In this document: positions 59,406 to 64,000 of the stretch, piece after piece | How the letters are laid out: each line of letters begins with the position of its first letter | Numbering within the stretch: the stretch's first letter is position 1 | Source of the DNA: Trichodelitschia bisporula | Lineage: Eukaryota | Assembly: GCA_010356995.1 (NCBI GenBank) | Contig: ML996710.1 | Location: 92,455-156,454 of the forward strand | Direction: 5' to 3' | Length of the DNA stretch: 64,000 nucleotides | Made by a program: the position numbers and the translations under genes | Notes under the pieces: generated by a model | Told to the model about the DNA's origin: nothing | Database searches by the model: none | Seen by the model: the letters and a program-made list of their open reading frames with translations, nothing else

Positions 59406-61160
59406 ATGGAGTCTAATCCCACGATGCCGTCGTCGCAACCGCCCGTCGATGCGCCGCACCCCACCGACACGCCTCTCTCGGTCCTCGATACAACCGCCTC
59501 GCCGACACCTCTCAGCGCCTGCAGTGAAGATGGCCGGATACACGAGCCTGCGGCTCCAGGCGCGCCGACGTGGGTCCTTCCGCCGCAGAGTGCGGAGGAG
59601 TTGAGACGGCATGAGGCGGGCTTCAGCGCGTTCGATTTCGCGTCGTATGCTTCGCGCCTCGCTCCCAACCATCGCGACAGCACGGTCTCCGGGCTGACCC
59701 TCACCGGCGCGCCCTTCGCCTCGGCCTCGGATCTCGAGAAAGGCGGCCGGGAGGGCGTGGACAAGCCCCGCCCGGCGCATGTGCGGCATGAGAGCGTGGC
59801 CAGCGTTGCGAGTTATAGCAGCAGCTGGACGGATCTCACGGTCACTGTCCCGGCGCCGCGACAGGCGAAGCTTGTGCGCAATGCGAGGCACAAGGGGTTT
59901 ACGGTGTACCGGCGCCTCTTCAGCGTCGTTTTCTTTGCGAACCTCGCGGCTCTCCTCGCGCTCCTCATCACGCGCGCCCGCTCGTCCAAAACCCTCCCGC
60001 AATCCGAGGCCGCGACCGCTGCGGCAGCGAACATCGCCCTTGCAGTCTGGATCCGGCAGGACTACGTCGTGAACGCTTTATTCCGGGTATTCTGGGCCGT
60101 CCCGCACTCCGCGCCTCTCTGGCTTCGGGCGCGCGTGGCGAAGGTATACGAGCACGGGGGCGTACACAGCGGGGCTGGAGCCGCGGGGACAATGTGGTTC
60201 GTCCTCTTCACCGTCCTCCAAACCCGCGCCTTCGTTCTCGCAGGCCACACCGGGACCGCGGTACTAGCCATCGCATACGTCCTCCTCGCGCTCCTCCTCT
60301 GCATCCTGATATTCGCGTACCCCCGCCTACGCTTCACAAGCCACAACACCTTCGAAGCCTCGCACCGCTTCGCCGGCTGGACCGCCGTGGCCCTCTTCTG
60401 GGCACTCTTCATCCTCCTCGCGCGCAGCATAGCCTCTACATCCCACCGGAGACTATCAGCTGTTCTGGTCCGCGAACCGACGTTTTGGCTGCTGGTGTTT
60501 ATCACGGCGCATATCATCCTCCCCTGGCTGCGCCTCCGCAAGTGGACGTTTACGCCTACGGTCCTCAGTCCGCACGCGCTGAGGCTGGACTTCGCGACTC
60601 CGCTTCCGCCGCTGAGCGGCCTGGCGATTAGCAGCAGTCCGCTGCGCGAGTGGCACCCGTTCGCTACGTTTCCCGACCCCGTGGGGGGAGGGGGGAGCAT
60701 GATCGTCAGCAACGCAGGCGACTGGACCGCATCTCAAATCCGCGACCCCAAGAGAGCGTACTGGGTCAAAGGGCTGCCCAAAACCGGTGTCTTGTCCATG
60801 GCCTTCTGCTTCCGCTCCGTCGTGGTCGTGACCACCGGGTCCGGAATCGGGCCCTGCCTTTCCTTCCTGCGCGAGCCGAGGAGGAAGACCGCGTGCAGGG
60901 TGTTCTGGAGCACGCCCCGGCCGCTGGAGACGTATGGGACGGATGTGTGTGAGTCAGTTCGGAAAGCGGATGAGCAGGCTGTGGTGGTGGATACGAAGGT
61001 GTCTGGTAGGCCGGATATGGTGGCCGTGACGTGGGCGCTGTTTACGGAGAGTGGGGCGGAGGCGGTGTTTGTTATTTCTAATCCAAGGGTGACGAGGAAG
61101 GTGGTGTATGCGATGGAGGCGAGGGGGGTGCCGGCTTTTGGGCCGGTTTGGGATAGCTAG
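59406..61160 (+). CDS. tmpA: TmpA-like integral membrane flavo-oxidoreductase (ferric-reductase-like TM region plus FAD/NAD(P)-binding domain), ~584 aa
   Basis: Multiple TM helices; HGGVHSG, HNTFEASHRFAGW, EWHPFA, TTGSGIGP, C-terminal GPVWDS. Confidence 0.85.
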   Translation: MESNPTMPSSQPPVDAPHPTDTPLSVLDTTASPTPLSACSEDGRIHEPAAPGAPTWVLPPQSAEELRRHEAGFSAFDFASYASRLAPNHRDSTVSGLTLTGAPFASASDLEKGGREGVDKPRPAHVRHESVASVASYSSSWTDLTVTVPAPRQAKLVRNARHKGFTVYRRLFSVVFFANLAALLALLITRARSSKTLPQSEAATAAAANIALAVWIRQDYVVNALFRVFWAVPHSAPLWLRARVAKVYEHGGVHSGAGAAGTMWFVLFTVLQTRAFVLAGHTGTAVLAIAYVLLALLLCILIFAYPRLRFTSHNTFEASHRFAGWTAVALFWALFILLARSIASTSHRRLSAVLVREPTFWLLVFITAHIILPWLRLRKWTFTPTVLSPHALRLDFATPLPPLSGLAISSSPLREWHPFATFPDPVGGGGSMIVSNAGDWTASQIRDPKRAYWVKGLPKTGVLSMAFCFRSVVVVTTGSGIGPCLSFLREPRRKTACRVFWSTPRPLETYGTDVCESVRKADEQAVVVDTKVSGRPDMVAVTWALFTESGAEAVFVISNPRVTRKVVYAMEARGVPAFGPVWDS

Positions 61161-63647
61161 TCTTTTGGATTTGGGGGGTTTGGGGATGGCGTTTGGATTG
61201 GGTTTGGATTGGGTGCGAGATGGACGATGGATGATGGACTGGATGTGAGACGGACACCGTGAGCGATGGGCTACACGCGAGATGGATTACGGGCATGTAC
61301 ATGACGATCTATGCACACGATACGACTAGCTAGCACGATAGCACGACGCACACGCAGCGCAATGCGAATATGATACCCTCACTCATCACTGTTTTCCCTG
61401 CGGCCCTAATCCTCGAAGATGGTTTGGGAGCGAGATCAATCGGACTCATGATAGATTTTGGACATGTACACGACGGCGGATGGGCACGTTCGAGCAGATG
61501 CGATCCGACAAGCCACGATAATAGCCCTTCGTCGCCACAGCGTAACGCAACAGTGATACTCTCACATCCCAGCGTCCCGTCCATGGCGACCTACAGCCAC
61601 GACACCACCCACGACGGAGAAGCTCGCACAACAGCCCACCTCCGCCATAGTACACTGTACCGCAACCCCAAATCCCGCTCCCTTACGTCCCTAACCCACC
61701 CGAGCCAATGATACCTACGTCCCGCCGTCCACCTTGCCAGATCGCGTACCACCAGCCCGTACAACCACCCCGTACCACCGCCCCGTACCACCAGATCTGG
61801 TACAACACCCCACTCCCCTCACAAGGCTCACGTCGCACCCACCCATTCCACAAACCCAACCCCGCCTTCCCACAACCCAAAACAGAATGCCAACAACAAG
61901 GGATGAGCTCAGCGCCCGCAAGGCTGCTGTCCCACCCCTCAAAACAGAACGGGACGTCCAAGGCTTCAGCCTTGCAGTCAGAACAGCACGGGACGCCCAA
62001 GGCTTCAGCCTCAGGTCAGTAAGGCTACCGTAAACTCAGCGCAAGGCTGCTCACAAACAAGGCAACCTCGTTCGCTGCCTGTGGCGTACGCCCCGCCCAC
62101 GTCGATGGGTGGGATGAGAAAGTGGCGCGATCGGGATCGGGCCTCGAGGAGGGCGGGGCAGGCCGCTCATTCAAGCTCGAAGCGCGCGGTTTAAACGGCT
62201 ACCAGGGGCGGGATGACGAACCCGGGGCGTGGAGGGGTGAGGAGGGGCAGGATTGGAGCACGGCGGGGGGAAGCGTTAGGGCAAGCAGGGTGTAGAACGG
62301 TTGATGAAGAACGCATGTGCAAGTAGGCCGCGATGCTGGCCACTGGGACGGTGGATGCTGGCCACTAGGACGGTCGATGCTGGCCACTAGAACGGTCGAG
62401 GAAGACCAAGCATGTGCAAGTCCTCGCCACTAGAACTAGTCCGCGATGCTGGCCCGCGATGTTGGCCACTCGCTCGCGATGTGCCCATGGGTAGGTACCA
62501 GTACCCCAGCGTTTTCCGTATCAGGCAAATGCAGCGCGCGCGCCGCGCGACGGGGGTACCGGTACCGTAGTACGGTATAGGGAACCGGGCGGGCGGTCGA
62601 GGCTAGCGGACAGCGGCCAGCAAGAAGCGGGGGCATTTCCGCAGGATTGGTGGATAGACACGATGAAGTTGGCAGCGGGGACCCTTCCGGTGCAGAGATT
62701 GGTGGACCGATCGCTGCAGAGCGAATTAATGTAGTGCTGTTATCGTCAAGAGCGGGACGTTGGTGAGTTGCCGAAATCGAGGCGGGCTGAACTGCGACGC
62801 GGGAAGAGGTCTCATGGGCGGGATACGGTACTCGGGTCCTCGCCCGCGCGCCCGCGCCCTCGATGTACCAAATTTATGCGTAATCAGGCTATCAGCGATA
62901 GGCGGCGGTACGTACCGTAGGGCACCCCCTCAGCCAGCCCGCGCGGTACGTAACGCCCCCACTCAGCTTACAGACGGGCCCGACCCCGCATCTAGCGGCC
63001 CCACCCCCGACTCCGCCAGGCCCCACCCCCGCACCCGCATGCGCCACTTCCGCGAACCCTGTTCGGTGCCGGAAGCGCACGCGCCGCGGTTCGTGAGGCG
63101 GTGTGGAGCGGCGGACCGAGGGCCGATTGAAGGGACGTACCGTGGCGGGGAAGGGACCTGCCGTGAGCGGGAAGGATTGCGTTCAAATCGAGGTGGGTAA
63201 GGGGATCGGTCGGGGATATCTCGGACTTGGCGGCGGGGCGCGAGGCTGGAGGGTGTGAGCCGGTCAGGCTGAACTTGAAGAGTGTGTGCAATTGAGGTGT
63301 GTTGCGATGGCTTGGTGCTGCGAGGTGGACGCAGACCCGGATTCAGCACAAGCTGCAGGCATCGCGGCTGCGTCGCGGGTGTGCCTGTTACCAAATGGGG
63401 GCGGGTGAAGGCCGCTTTGGTGGGTGCGGCTAATCCCTACCGGATGGAGGCGTTCAAGCGCCGGATTAAGTTTGTGGATCGGCGGCTGGTTTGGGTATGA
63501 TCGGGGCGATCCCGGCGCCGGTGAGACGACGGCGATGTGGTGAGATGGCTGGGAATGGGTTGGATGATCTGATGCTGAGGTGATCTGACTGCCGGTTGGT
63601 GCTGGTGGTGAACATAGACTGTACTTGCTGCATCTACGTCCCGCTGG

Positions 63648-63845
63648 GGAGAACGAGGCAAGCGGTCTCTCTGCGGTGTAGAAACCTGGTAAGGGCAAGG
63701 CAAACGGTCCCAATGCGGTGCAGACAGCTGGTGGGAAAAAAGCAAGCGGGCTTACTGAGGTGCAGACAGCCGATGAGAACAAGGCAAGCGGCCTCGCTGC
63801 GGTGCAGAAAGTTGGTGAGAACAGGGCAAGCGGCCTCACCACGGT
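63648..63845 (+). repeat. 42-bp (14-aa) coding-like tandem repeat ENKASGLxAVQxxG, ~4.7 copies, one copy with a CAG>TAG stop
   Basis: Period of 42 bp visible directly. Confidence 0.7.
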
Positions 63846-64000
63846 ACGGAGAGCAGCTGACGATGTAAATCATAGATGTGGGATGGAGACGATAATGCAA
63901 ATCATGACCTTGAGATGGATGAGGACGGAAATGCAAATCACCTTGCTGCTTCGATGCGCCCAATTCGGCTTTGGTCCGGCCCTTCACAGACATGGACAAG

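Noticed and set aside
1..64000. Starship captain, autonomous Helitron RepHel or DDE DNA transposase driving the region
   Set aside because: No ORF with tyrosine-recombinase, HUH/PIF1 helicase or transposase motifs was recognised in the window.

Overview
GC-rich filamentous-ascomycete (fungal) DNA, mostly a transposon-derived accessory region. Intact host genes are few: a Ser/Thr-rich membrane protein running off the left edge, a secreted GH39-like glycoside hydrolase, tRNA-Ala(AGC), and a divergent 4CL-like adenylating enzyme / TmpA-like oxidoreductase pair. At least five Ty1/copia families occur as a nested cluster (4.5-18 kb) plus a two-LTR element (32.9-38.0 kb); four retain a half-tRNA-iMet-type PBS. 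There are seven solo LTRs with perfect 5-bp TSDs. Two patterns stand out. (1) Four unrelated copia elements have each been converted into a fold-back inverted duplication, joined at short microhomologies and with slightly diverged arms, i.e. potential hairpin-RNA ('Mu-killer'-like) loci. (2) Regions at 19.7-23.5 kb and 48.6-49.4 kb are same-strand mosaics of 30-250-bp fragments of unrelated housekeeping genes (AGC1, TOS1-like, AAT, MDH with introns, HAD, SRPK, RPS27), and one sits next to a Helitron-like 3' end. A T-depleted 552-bp stretch (33465-34016) mimics DGR-type hypermutation but behaves as an assembly overlay of a sequence with its own reverse complement. Protein family calls come from motif recognition, not database searches.
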